From positions 1 to 64,000 of IMG/VR virus record IMGVR_UViG_3300018026_000007: a stretch of DNA of 64,000 nucleotides. One strand, written 5' to 3'. The notes under the pieces are model-generated. The model searched no databases and was not told the origin of the DNA. It saw nothing but the letters and a program-made list of their open reading frames with translations. A program made the translations under genes and the position numbers. Of this stretch, positions 19,434 through 28,742 are shown in pieces (the first letter of the stretch is position 1; each line of letters starts with the position of its first letter). Source of the stretch: a virus.

Positions 19434-20195
19434 ATGAAACGGCTTCTGGCAATGATCGCGGCTCTTCTGTTTGCCATCAACTCTTTTGCGGCAGGTCCGA
19501 TGCGACCGCCCAAGGGATTCGCGGGCCAGGTATACGCGGGCACATTCGTTCTGTACGATGAGTACGAAAATAAGCTCCAGATGCTCTGCACCGCCGCCGC
19601 GTACGAATCGACCCCAGGCGGATATCATTTGCTGACCGCAGGCCATTGCATTCAGGAGACGCCAGCCGAAGTTGCGCTCTTTGTTTCCGAAGAAATCGGC
19701 GGCACCCTCATGCCAGTAACTGTTGTGAAATCCTTCGTGGGAAATGGCATCGACTTTGCGACTCTCGAACTGCGAACCCCAAGGAAGTATCCTGTGTTCT
19801 CGCTCGGGGACGAAAGGGATTTGAGAATTGGCGACGCCACGCTGATGGTAGCCTTCTCGGAAGGTGTTGTGAAACAGTTTGGATACGGTACAGTTGCGTC
19901 TGAACCATTCGTTGAATCTCCCGAGTGCAATGTTGATTGCAGCGGTGACCTCTTTGTTCAAACCTATGGATCGGGCGGGGCGTCTGGGGCGCTCATCTTT
20001 TCAGCCAAGACCCATAAAGTTGTGGGGATATTCCGAGCGATGTTCACCAGTCGTGTTGGCACTACAGGCGCGGTAGTTGAGCCGATTTCAAAGTTTACGA
20101 CCTTTCGCGGTCTGCCAGGGCAGACACGACCGTCGATGAGCGACCTACGCGACCCCGAAGATGATGATCCCGCAGTCACGGAGCCAAAGAAGTAG
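19434..20195 (+). CDS. Secreted trypsin-like serine protease
   Basis: Signal peptide; LTAGHC, DFA and GASG triad motifs. Confidence 0.8.
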   Translation: MKRLLAMIAALLFAINSFAAGPMRPPKGFAGQVYAGTFVLYDEYENKLQMLCTAAAYESTPGGYHLLTAGHCIQETPAEVALFVSEEIGGTLMPVTVVKSFVGNGIDFATLELRTPRKYPVFSLGDERDLRIGDATLMVAFSEGVVKQFGYGTVASEPFVESPECNVDCSGDLFVQTYGSGGASGALIFSAKTHKVVGIFRAMFTSRVGTTGAVVEPISKFTTFRGLPGQTRPSMSDLRDPEDDDPAVTEPKK

Positions 20196-20197
20196 CC

Positions 20198-20509
20198 ATG
20201 GTGTTACTCGACAAAAACCAGACGCTCCAGCCGCCCGAAGGGTATACACTGCGAGCCGTAGCGGCGGACGGCGCGTATTTAAGAGCGACGTATGACAAAA
20301 CGCTGCGACCTCACGTTGTCTCCAAAGTGGTCGTCTACCTAAACGATCAGGGTCGAGAAGTGGCGCGCTCGATTGACGAAACGGACTATTCGGCGTTCGC
20401 GCCCAAACCCGAGCCGCCACCTGCGCCGCGTCGGTTCAGATTTCGCAACGGATTTCTAATCGCCCTCCAGGGCTTACAGGAGATGTTGAAATGTCTAAGC
20501 AAGTCGTGA
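20198..20509 (+). CDS. Hypothetical protein
   Basis: ORF in operon context. Confidence 0.55.
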   Translation: MVLLDKNQTLQPPEGYTLRAVAADGAYLRATYDKTLRPHVVSKVVVYLNDQGREVARSIDETDYSAFAPKPEPPPAPRRFRFRNGFLIALQGLQEMLKCLSKS

Positions 20510-20778
20510 GTCAACGCATGAAGCAAACCTGCGACGGCTGCGGGTCATCGAAAGAATGGGAGTTGGTAGGTGCCGATGCCGACCCGAATATTCTGGCCGA
20601 AATGCAATGCTGGTTTGTCGTCGCTCGTAAGATCGTGAACGATAGAGGCGAGATGGTGGCTTTGAGTGCCGATGCGTGTTCCGTGGCTTGCGTTTCAACG
20701 ATTGCGGAAAAGCTCATGAAGCTGCCAGAGTCCGAACCTGCGGACAAGATCGACCTGGCGTCTTTGCGCATCAACTAA
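20491..20778 (+). CDS. Hypothetical zinc-binding protein
   Basis: CDGC...CSVAC; AGGAG RBS. Confidence 0.6.
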   Translation: MSKQVVSQRMKQTCDGCGSSKEWELVGADADPNILAEMQCWFVVARKIVNDRGEMVALSADACSVACVSTIAEKLMKLPESEPADKIDLASLRIN

Positions 20779-20801
20779 CTTTTCGGTCGGAGCGAACGGA
20801 A

Positions 20802-22400
20802 ATGAGCAAACTGATTCGACATGGCGCGGACGCTCGTGAAGCTCTCTTGCGCGGCGTTGATTTTCTCGCGGATGCGGTGAAGATCACCGAAGGTCCCCGA
20901 GGGCGAAATTGCATTCTGGGGCAGCGGGCCCTGGGTCAATCCCCGAAGGTCACGCGCGATGGTGTGACCGTCTCCAATTACGCCGACCCATCTGACCCGA
21001 CCGAACAACTCGGTGCCGACCTTATCCGCGAAGCCGCACAGAAGACCGATAACGCGGTAGGCGACGGCACCACGGCATCTATCGTCCTGGCTCAGTCCAT
21101 GATTCACGCGGGATTCGACCTGATCGCAAAAGGAGCGAACCCGATGGCGATGGAGCGCGGCATCCACAAAGCCACCGATGCAGTAATCAAACGACTCTGC
21201 GACATGTCCGTTCCCGTCGCAGGGGTAAAGGTCTTCCAGGTCGCCACGGTCTCGGCTCATGGGGACACGGAAATCGGTCGTCTTGTTGCAGACGCGGTCT
21301 ACAAGGCAGGCAAAGAGGGGGTAGTCACCGCCGAGCCGTCATCGACATCGGAAACCTACGTGGAAACCGTCGTCGGGCTCGAACTTGAAAAATCCAATCT
21401 CATCTCGACGGCATTCATCACGCACCCCGAAGACATGAAGGCGGAACTGCACGATTGTCGCATTCTCCTGTGGGAAGGGGTGATTGCCACGGCGAAATCC
21501 GTTGTGCCGCTGTTAAAGCAGGTGAACGACGCGGGCGGTGCGAGTCCTCTTTTGATTATTGCAGGCGGATACGAAGCGGAAGCTCTCGCCTGTATCATCA
21601 AGAACAAGACCGCCCTCGCGCTGCCACTTATCGCTGTCCGCATGGAAGCATACGGCGAACGGCGAAAGGAATTGATGCGCGATATCGCGGCGTTGACGGG
21701 CGGTAAGGCATATACCGAGGACCTGGGTCTGAAGATCGAGAGCATCAAGCTCGCCGAACTCGGCCAGGCACGCAAGGTCATCACGAATATGTCCAAGACT
21801 CAAATCATCGAAGGCCGAGGCAACCAGACTGAATTGATGGGGCGTTTGAACCTCATCACCACGGCTCTGGAAACTGCCGCGCCGATGGAAAAAACGATTC
21901 TGCGCAAGCGATACGCCGCGCTGGTTGGTGGCATCACGGTCATCAAAGTTGGCGGGGTCACCGTGACCGAGATGGAAGAAAAGAAAGACCGTGTCGTGGA
22001 TGCGATGTCTGCAGCAAAGGCAGCAGTTGAGTCGGGCATTGTTTCTGGCGGCGGAATTGCACTACTGCATGCGTCGGGGGTTATCGCGGCGTTGAAACTT
22101 CCCGCCGAAGAGCGCGCAGGGCTTGAAGTTGTTTACACCGCCTGCCGCGCCGTTGCACGCCAGATTGCCGAGAACGCGGGAATCGATGCCGATGGTTTGA
22201 TGAATCAACTGATGGCGACTCCCGATCTTGGCTATAATGCGCTGACAGGTGAATTCGAAAATCTCATCGACTCAGGCATCATCGACCCCTTGGCTGTTGT
22301 CATCGAGTCCCTGAAAAACGCAGCCGCAGTTTCCTGCAGTATCCTGACCATGGGCGCAACCGTGGCAGAGAAAGTGACGGAGAGAATCGCCAATGTCTAA
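20802..22400 (+). CDS. groEL: Chaperonin GroEL (phage-encoded)
   Basis: GPRGRN, VTRDGVTV, GDGTTA, EKKDRVVDA, GIIDP; no GGM tail. Confidence 0.95.
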   Translation: MSKLIRHGADAREALLRGVDFLADAVKITEGPRGRNCILGQRALGQSPKVTRDGVTVSNYADPSDPTEQLGADLIREAAQKTDNAVGDGTTASIVLAQSMIHAGFDLIAKGANPMAMERGIHKATDAVIKRLCDMSVPVAGVKVFQVATVSAHGDTEIGRLVADAVYKAGKEGVVTAEPSSTSETYVETVVGLELEKSNLISTAFITHPEDMKAELHDCRILLWEGVIATAKSVVPLLKQVNDAGGASPLLIIAGGYEAEALACIIKNKTALALPLIAVRMEAYGERRKELMRDIAALTGGKAYTEDLGLKIESIKLAELGQARKVITNMSKTQIIEGRGNQTELMGRLNLITTALETAAPMEKTILRKRYAALVGGITVIKVGGVTVTEMEEKKDRVVDAMSAAKAAVESGIVSGGGIALLHASGVIAALKLPAEERAGLEVVYTACRAVARQIAENAGIDADGLMNQLMATPDLGYNALTGEFENLIDSGIIDPLAVVIESLKNAAAVSCSILTMGATVAEKVTERIANV

Positions 22401-22671
22401 GACCTATCTGGAACCCGCAGGGGATCATTTGCTTGTCGCGGACAGCCCGCGAGAGACAACGCTGGACGGCATTACTCTGCCCGACAATGTGCGCCAGCAA
22501 GAGATGGTGTTCGGTACTGTGGTATTCGTGGGACCCCAAGCTGTCGCCACTAAACCAGAAGACCGCATCTGCTACGGCCCGTATGCGGGCAAGACAGTGG
22601 CAATTGACGGCATGGAGTTTCGCCTTCTGCGCGAAGGCCAGATCGAAGGATACATCCGAAAGACCGACTAA
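22393..22671 (+). CDS. groES: Co-chaperonin GroES
   Basis: LEPAGDHLLV, TLDGITLPD mobile loop, GTVVFVGP, YAG...LLRE. Confidence 0.9.
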   Translation: MSKTYLEPAGDHLLVADSPRETTLDGITLPDNVRQQEMVFGTVVFVGPQAVATKPEDRICYGPYAGKTVAIDGMEFRLLREGQIEGYIRKTD

Positions 22672-22672
22672 C

Positions 22673-23185
22673 ATGACCGACCTATCGAGACGGCTGCCGC
22701 TGGCGGAACTGCAGAACACTCAAGAATATCAGCGGCTGACCCAAAAACAAAAACTGTTTGTCGCCACATACTGCGAAGGCGGCATGGTGGATGGGAACTA
22801 TGATCCTGTCGCAGCCACGCAGACGGCATATGCCTGCAAGACGCTGGAGATTGCCCGTGTCATGTCATACGCGCTGATGTCGAACATCCGCGTGGTTGCA
22901 GTGCTGAATCGGCACTTCAACGCCGAGCCGATTGAAGAATTTTTGGTGCTGCTCGACCGCGCCATCAACAATAAGCATCTCACCCTGGCGCAACTGCAGG
23001 CATTGAAACTCAAGTGTGACATCTTGGGCTACGCGAACCGACTCCCTGGGGCTCCTGGCATTCCGCGCAACGTCATCCCGCCCGACATCGCCGAAGCGTC
23101 GAAGCAAGCGCGCAAGTCGAAGCGCAAGACTCCCGAGAAGCACGCCAAGTCTGAACCCGAACCTTCCTTCGGTCAATACTTTTAA
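22673..23185 (+). CDS. Terminase small subunit-like protein
   Basis: LTQKQKLFVATY...AATQTAY HTH typical of TerS N-termini. Confidence 0.55.
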   Translation: MTDLSRRLPLAELQNTQEYQRLTQKQKLFVATYCEGGMVDGNYDPVAATQTAYACKTLEIARVMSYALMSNIRVVAVLNRHFNAEPIEEFLVLLDRAINNKHLTLAQLQALKLKCDILGYANRLPGAPGIPRNVIPPDIAEASKQARKSKRKTPEKHAKSEPEPSFGQYF

Positions 23186-23206
23186 GACTTTCCTTTCCAT
23201 TTGTGT

Positions 23207-23530
23207 ATGGACACTTTGCCGATTCCTGGACTCGGGATGCTTGGGCAACCGCGCCTGGGCTCTATCTTTGATGAGACGGGTACGCCCGACTCTGGGTATG
23301 AGGAAAACGGCCCATACCACTGTGAAGATTGCGTTCACAAGACGGCCATGGATGAGCCGTTCTGCATTCATCCGCGAGTGGTTGGGGACCATCGACTTCA
23401 GGATCGGCTGGTTTCAATTGATGGCCGTCCTGCAGTGAAAGTTGATATGTGCCACGGCTGTTGCAAGTTTGTGCGGCAGGCGCGAGAAGAAGAGCACGAG
23501 GATAAAGACAATGGCCGAGAAAATGAGTAA
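23207..23530 (+). CDS. Cys-rich hypothetical protein, probably leaderless
   Basis: CEDCVH..FC..CHGCC; ATG 15 nt after GACTTT at 23186. Confidence 0.6.
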   Translation: MDTLPIPGLGMLGQPRLGSIFDETGTPDSGYEENGPYHCEDCVHKTAMDEPFCIHPRVVGDHRLQDRLVSIDGRPAVKVDMCHGCCKFVRQAREEEHEDKDNGRENE

Positions 23531-23675
23531 GGCAGCCGCTTTTCACGAAGTCTTCCACGACAAACCGAGCACGGTCGATACCAGCAAGTCGGCCAAGGGT
23601 CAGCGCAAGCAAATGATCGCCATCGCATTGTCGAAGGCGGGTTTATCAAAGCCAGGGAAGAAAGCCAAGAAATAA
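23511..23675 (+). CDS. Small basic protein (DUF6496-like)
   Basis: KQMIAIALSKAG motif; GAGG RBS. Confidence 0.6.
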   Translation: MAEKMSKAAAFHEVFHDKPSTVDTSKSAKGQRKQMIAIALSKAGLSKPGKKAKK

Positions 23676-23689
23676 TTTGGCCAGGCGCA

Positions 23690-24952
23690 ATGATTTCGTT
23701 CTCCAAACGAACGACGGCAGCCGTCACTGTTTTTGCCTGCATATTTGCGAATAGAGATGCGCTATCCCTGACAACAGATGTCTCTCAAGTCTCTGCCCTG
23801 TCTTTGAATTATGCGCGCTTGAATTGCGTTTACCGCCAGTTGATTCATCAAGACATAGAGCATCAGGCGATAGTTTTGGCACATATCATTGCCAGCGCGC
23901 GCCATGCGATTTGTAAGCTGAATCAAACTGTTCTGGCCATTACGCCGACGCCGCAAACCGCAGTAGCGTTGGCTCTAGTTCAATCCAAAGTCGGAGATGC
24001 ACTCTATGTGATGGCAAGCGCGGAGTTGATGGGGATCGCCACGATAGGAGACAACATGCAAGTTCAAACTTCTCGGGTAGTTCATACCGTTACGACGGAA
24101 GACATCATAAACGGGTTCATCCCCGTGCCCGTTGTGTGGCAGACACCTTTTGCAGACAACAACTACACCGCTGTGTTTGCAGTCCATGATCTCGAGAGTA
24201 CGATTGATTTGAGTGTTGGCGTACTAGATATTCACAATAAGACAGCATCTGGAATGACTGCCGTTGCGTTGTTGGCCGCTGCGTTGCCCCTGGCACAAGG
24301 AACACTCGATGCTCTCGACGTGAACACAAATCAATCGATGGTGTTTGTTGCTCCGCTTTCTACGCTCTATCAGCTTACGTTCTATATCGCGTCGCACAAT
24401 ACTGGGTCTGCGGACCAACTTTTACAATTGAACGCGGTCTACACCGATGGTAGCGGACTAGGTCAGCAATCATTTGCTCCTGTTCTTGGGGCGGTCAATG
24501 GGAATAGCACGCCACTCAACAGCCAAAATTTTTCGATTCCTTTATTTGCCGTCGCGGGGTCTCCCATCGCCATTTCGGCAGTGTTTCTGGCAAAGGTTAC
24601 GGGCACTGTTACAAGCGGGGTATTTGTGCTGGGCGAAGAAGTTAAGCAAGCCAACACGAACGCGACTTCATATTTATTGGGCGGCGGATTCGAATATACA
24701 CCCACTGGCAGTGCTCCGATGTACTTGGATTCTAGCCGTATGACTGGAGCGCCCGACGCCAGTCACGCATGGACTGGGCAGACGAGCGGAGCCATTTACA
24801 CCCCGTCATCCGCGCCAATCGTCTCGCCGTTTGCCTTTGATTTCTCAGTCCGAATTGTGCAGATGCCCAGTAATGCGATCACGGTCGTACCTGGAGACCA
24901 ATTTGAAATAGACGCCATTGGGGTGGCCGACCGCACACCCTGCGGCACATAG
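23690..24952 (+). CDS. Putative virion protein (possible internal start at 24056)
   Basis: Helical N-terminal domain and beta-rich remainder; AGGAG RBS before MQVQT. Confidence 0.6.
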   Translation: MISFSKRTTAAVTVFACIFANRDALSLTTDVSQVSALSLNYARLNCVYRQLIHQDIEHQAIVLAHIIASARHAICKLNQTVLAITPTPQTAVALALVQSKVGDALYVMASAELMGIATIGDNMQVQTSRVVHTVTTEDIINGFIPVPVVWQTPFADNNYTAVFAVHDLESTIDLSVGVLDIHNKTASGMTAVALLAAALPLAQGTLDALDVNTNQSMVFVAPLSTLYQLTFYIASHNTGSADQLLQLNAVYTDGSGLGQQSFAPVLGAVNGNSTPLNSQNFSIPLFAVAGSPIAISAVFLAKVTGTVTSGVFVLGEEVKQANTNATSYLLGGGFEYTPTGSAPMYLDSSRMTGAPDASHAWTGQTSGAIYTPSSAPIVSPFAFDFSVRIVQMPSNAITVVPGDQFEIDAIGVADRTPCGT

Positions 24953-24967
24953 GATTGGAAGACGATC

Positions 24968-25381
24968 ATGCTCGCCGCTCTGCTCGCCACGCGGTCTGTA
25001 TCGCCGCCTCGGGGATTTCGCTACACCAATCGGTTGGTGGCCGAAACAACTACGTTCACCTGCATTACGGTCACCAAGAAAGCGGCATTCATCACCACCA
25101 GTCTGCCGATTCGCCAGCAGTTGAGTGTCTCTATGCCTGGCCAGGAGTCGATTCTTGACCAGTTGAATCGCCAGTTCTACCAGATGATTAACCAGTACGC
25201 GCTGGATGGCACCGACTATCTGAGCGCGCTTATCGCCCAGGTGATCGCAATCGATGTTGTCTTGACCCCCATCCTACAGACCATGCCAGTGGCTCCGCAG
25301 AATGTGCCGTTTTTGATTCGTCTGCAGCGGGAACTGGCACGCGCGCTGGCGGTTCTGCAGTCCCTGGCCGTCCCGATCTAG
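24968..25381 (+). CDS. Hypothetical protein paralogous to the N-terminus of the 23690 ORF
   Basis: LNRQFYQMINQ...APQ vs LNCVYRQLIHQ...TPQ alignment. Confidence 0.6.
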   Translation: MLAALLATRSVSPPRGFRYTNRLVAETTTFTCITVTKKAAFITTSLPIRQQLSVSMPGQESILDQLNRQFYQMINQYALDGTDYLSALIAQVIAIDVVLTPILQTMPVAPQNVPFLIRLQRELARALAVLQSLAVPI

Positions 25382-25426
25382 AACAAGACTTTTCCTTTCA
25401 TAAGTGGAGTCTTGCACTCTACCACC

Positions 25427-28400
25427 TATGTCTACGCCTGCCATCATTGCCGTCACTCCAGGCACAGGGATATTGCTTGACGCCGTGAGCCTGGTTGTCG
25501 GCGCGAATACTGTCGTCCGCGAGACGATGGTAATCGCCGACCCGTCCAATCCTACCCGCTTAGCCAACGTGACGGCGGCTGGTGCGCTGCAGGTTGATGG
25601 GTCCGCAGCGTTGCAGCCTGTCTCGACCATCGGGCAGACGATAGCAGTGACGAACGCGGGTGTTTTCGCCGTTCAGGATTCTGCTGCCGAAGGTTACCTG
25701 GGGACAATCGCAGGAGCCATTTCCGCCAGCACAATGACGGTGACGGGAACAGTCACGGCCAACATCGGAACCACGAACGGGCTGGCTCTGGATTCTTCGC
25801 TCTCAACCATCGACGCGGACATCAAGAGCAACATCACGCTGCATGCTGGAACCAATCTTATTGGCAAAGTAGAAGTCAGCGATGGCACGAATGTGCTGTT
25901 CACTGTGGGCAATCCTGGCTATGTGCAGGGCACCATCAGTATCGGCAGCGGACCCTTTGCTGTCACGCAATCGACTTCGCCGTGGATTGTGGCGGGTGGT
26001 GGTACCGCAGGCTCGCCAGGAACAGCCGTTCTCACGGTTCAGGGTATCAGCGGCGGCCAGGCGGTGCCTGTTAGCGGAACCTTCTATCAAACTACGCAGC
26101 CCGTTTCAATTGCATCGGGGCAGGTCGCGAGCGGGGCATTTGCATCGGGCTCGATTGCTTCGGGAGCTATCGCATCGGGTGCGGCAGTCTCAGGTGCATT
26201 CGCTGACGGGTCTCTTGTTACGCTTGGTGCTGAGTCCGACGCGAAAAATTCCGCAACCGATAATACCGCCGTTACAATCATGTCCGTGTTGAAGGAAATT
26301 AGCTACATGGCGCAGAATCCTGCGGCTGTGTCTGCAACAAACAACATTGCAAACGTATCGGCAGTCGTGAATGCGGCGAATAGCAGTACTTCTGCGCTCA
26401 ATGCGGGCGTATCGTTTACAGGCACTGTGGTTGATTTGATTAGCGTGATGTATACCGCAATTCAAGTTCAACTGTTGACCGATCAAAACGGGATTCTAAA
26501 AATTCAATTCAGCACAGATAACAGCCATTGGGACCATACGGTTTCTGGACTCGTCACTGCAAATGAATCGACCAGCCTAAGCACAGGTATTCATGGTCGC
26601 TACATGCGTGTGATGATGACCAATACATCCGCCAGCAATCAAACATTCTTGCGGCTTCAGACGCTGCTCGTCCCGATTCCCGTTCAGCCTACTATCAAGG
26701 ATTTAGATACAGCGGTCGGCAACGACGACAACGCCATGGTTACACATACCGTAATTACAGGTATAGTGCGCTCGGCTGCCGGGTCCTTTGAGAATGTTGA
26801 GGTTTCTCCATCAGGGGCATTGCTGATAGCAACAGAAGGCTCGGTTCTGGGTGATACTGTAACAACTGCGCGCCGTAACCAAATCGAAATAAATTTTTCT
26901 AGCTCTGATGCGACAGACGCCACACTCATCACTAACACAACGTCTGGTACGGGAGCGATTACACAGGCGAATGGCGAAGCTCTATACTCAACGGGTACGG
27001 GGGCGGCAGGCGAAGCGCAAGGCGTGACAGTTGCCTCCATTCGCTATCGTCCTGCAAACGACATTTACGCAGAATTCACTGCCGCATTTACAACACCTAC
27101 GGATGCAACTGCCGCCAACGACTATCAACGAGTTGGTGTCTATGATACAAACAACGGCTTATTCATTGGATATGAAGGGACCGCATTTGGAGTCACAATT
27201 CGTCGCGCCACGGTCGATACGCGAGTATTATTAGCAAACTTTAATCTGGACCCGCTCGACGGTTCTGCGGATTCTGACTTCACTCGTGCGGGAGTGCCGG
27301 AAGCAGTCGATTTTACAAAATTAAATATATTTCGCATTCGGTTCGCTTGGTTTGGCGCGGGTCCCGTCTTTTTTGATATCTTCACTCCTGATGGCGCATG
27401 GTTGCCGTTTCAGATGGTTCGCAACCCCAATCTCTCAAATACGCCATACATCGCGACCCCGAATCTGCCACTAACGATAGACGCATTCAAAACTTCATCG
27501 GACAGCACCAATCTGCAAATTCGACTCGGCTGCATGGCGGCGGGCGTGACCGAGTCTGCTATTCGTTTGTCCGATCCGATGGTCAACTCTACTCTGGCTA
27601 TTCCTACTCGGTCGATTCTTGTGGGTCAGAATCCTTCCGGGTCGTACACAAACGTGGGGGTGGATGTCACCGGCTCCCTGAGTATCGGCACAATTACCGC
27701 TGAGACGAATTCCGCAACTTCGGCGGCTTGGACTCATGCAACAGCAGGAAATACGACACTGGTCGCATCCGCCATTGGTTTTGCCAACGCGACTTTTGGA
27801 TTCTCTCTGTCTGGGGGTGTCATTGCCAGCGGAGTCATTCAGTTTGAAGGGACGGTTGACGGTACCAATTGGATTGCTCTGTCTGTGGAACCTATCGCTG
27901 GACAGACCAATCCGGTTACGAGCTATAGCCTTGCCGCTGCCGCGAATAACATTTGGCAAACCTTCATAGGCGGACTTTATCAGGTTCGCATCCGCCTGAG
28001 TACAGGCATTTCAATTTCATCCGGTTCTCCGGTTGCAACTGTCTGGATTCGTCCTTCATTTGCGACAACAGAACCCACAGGATTAGTTTTTCAACCAACA
28101 GGCTCTAATCTTCATGTCGTTGTAGATTCTCCGTTGCCTTCTTTAGCCGCTGGTTCTCAAATCATCGGGCAGATCAAACTGGTAGACGGGCCGGGAAGCG
28201 TCAACCAAGCGATGGTAAAGGCTGCATCTACGCAGTCGGCATCCACCGACACCTCGTTAGTTGTTCAGATAAATCCGAACCAGCCAAACCTATCTACAGC
28301 CTTGAACGTGAGCGCAAGCATCGCGGCAGCCCAAACACTGGCGACAGTTACTACCGTCTCTACGGTCACCACAGTAACGAATCCAGTATCAACGCGACCC

Positions 28401-28730
28401 GCGTCACCCACGACATCTACTTGGAGTCAGGCTGCTATTAGTTTCAGCGGCAGCGGTGCAAATATACTTGTGGCGGGCGTGGGTGGTCAGACCGTTCGGA
28501 TTATGCGGCTCTTTATAGTGAATTCGGATGCAGCGACCGCGACAAACATCACCATTCAAGACACAACTCCGACCTCGTTTTCGGGAGCCTTCAGACTGGC
28601 ATCGGGGGGTAGTTGGTCTGGCGATGGCGCTGGTGATCCACTCTACACTACCGCAACAGGCAAGGGATTTCAGTTAAATAGCTCGGTGGCGGTTCAGATT
28701 TCAGGAACGGTGTGGTACACGCAATCCTAA
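25427..28730 (+). CDS. Tail fibre/spike-like protein
   Basis: About 1100 aa, Ser/Thr/Gly/Ala-rich, lectin-like beta domain, ASGAI repeats. Confidence 0.7.
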
Positions 28731-28742
28731 GTTGAGGATTTC

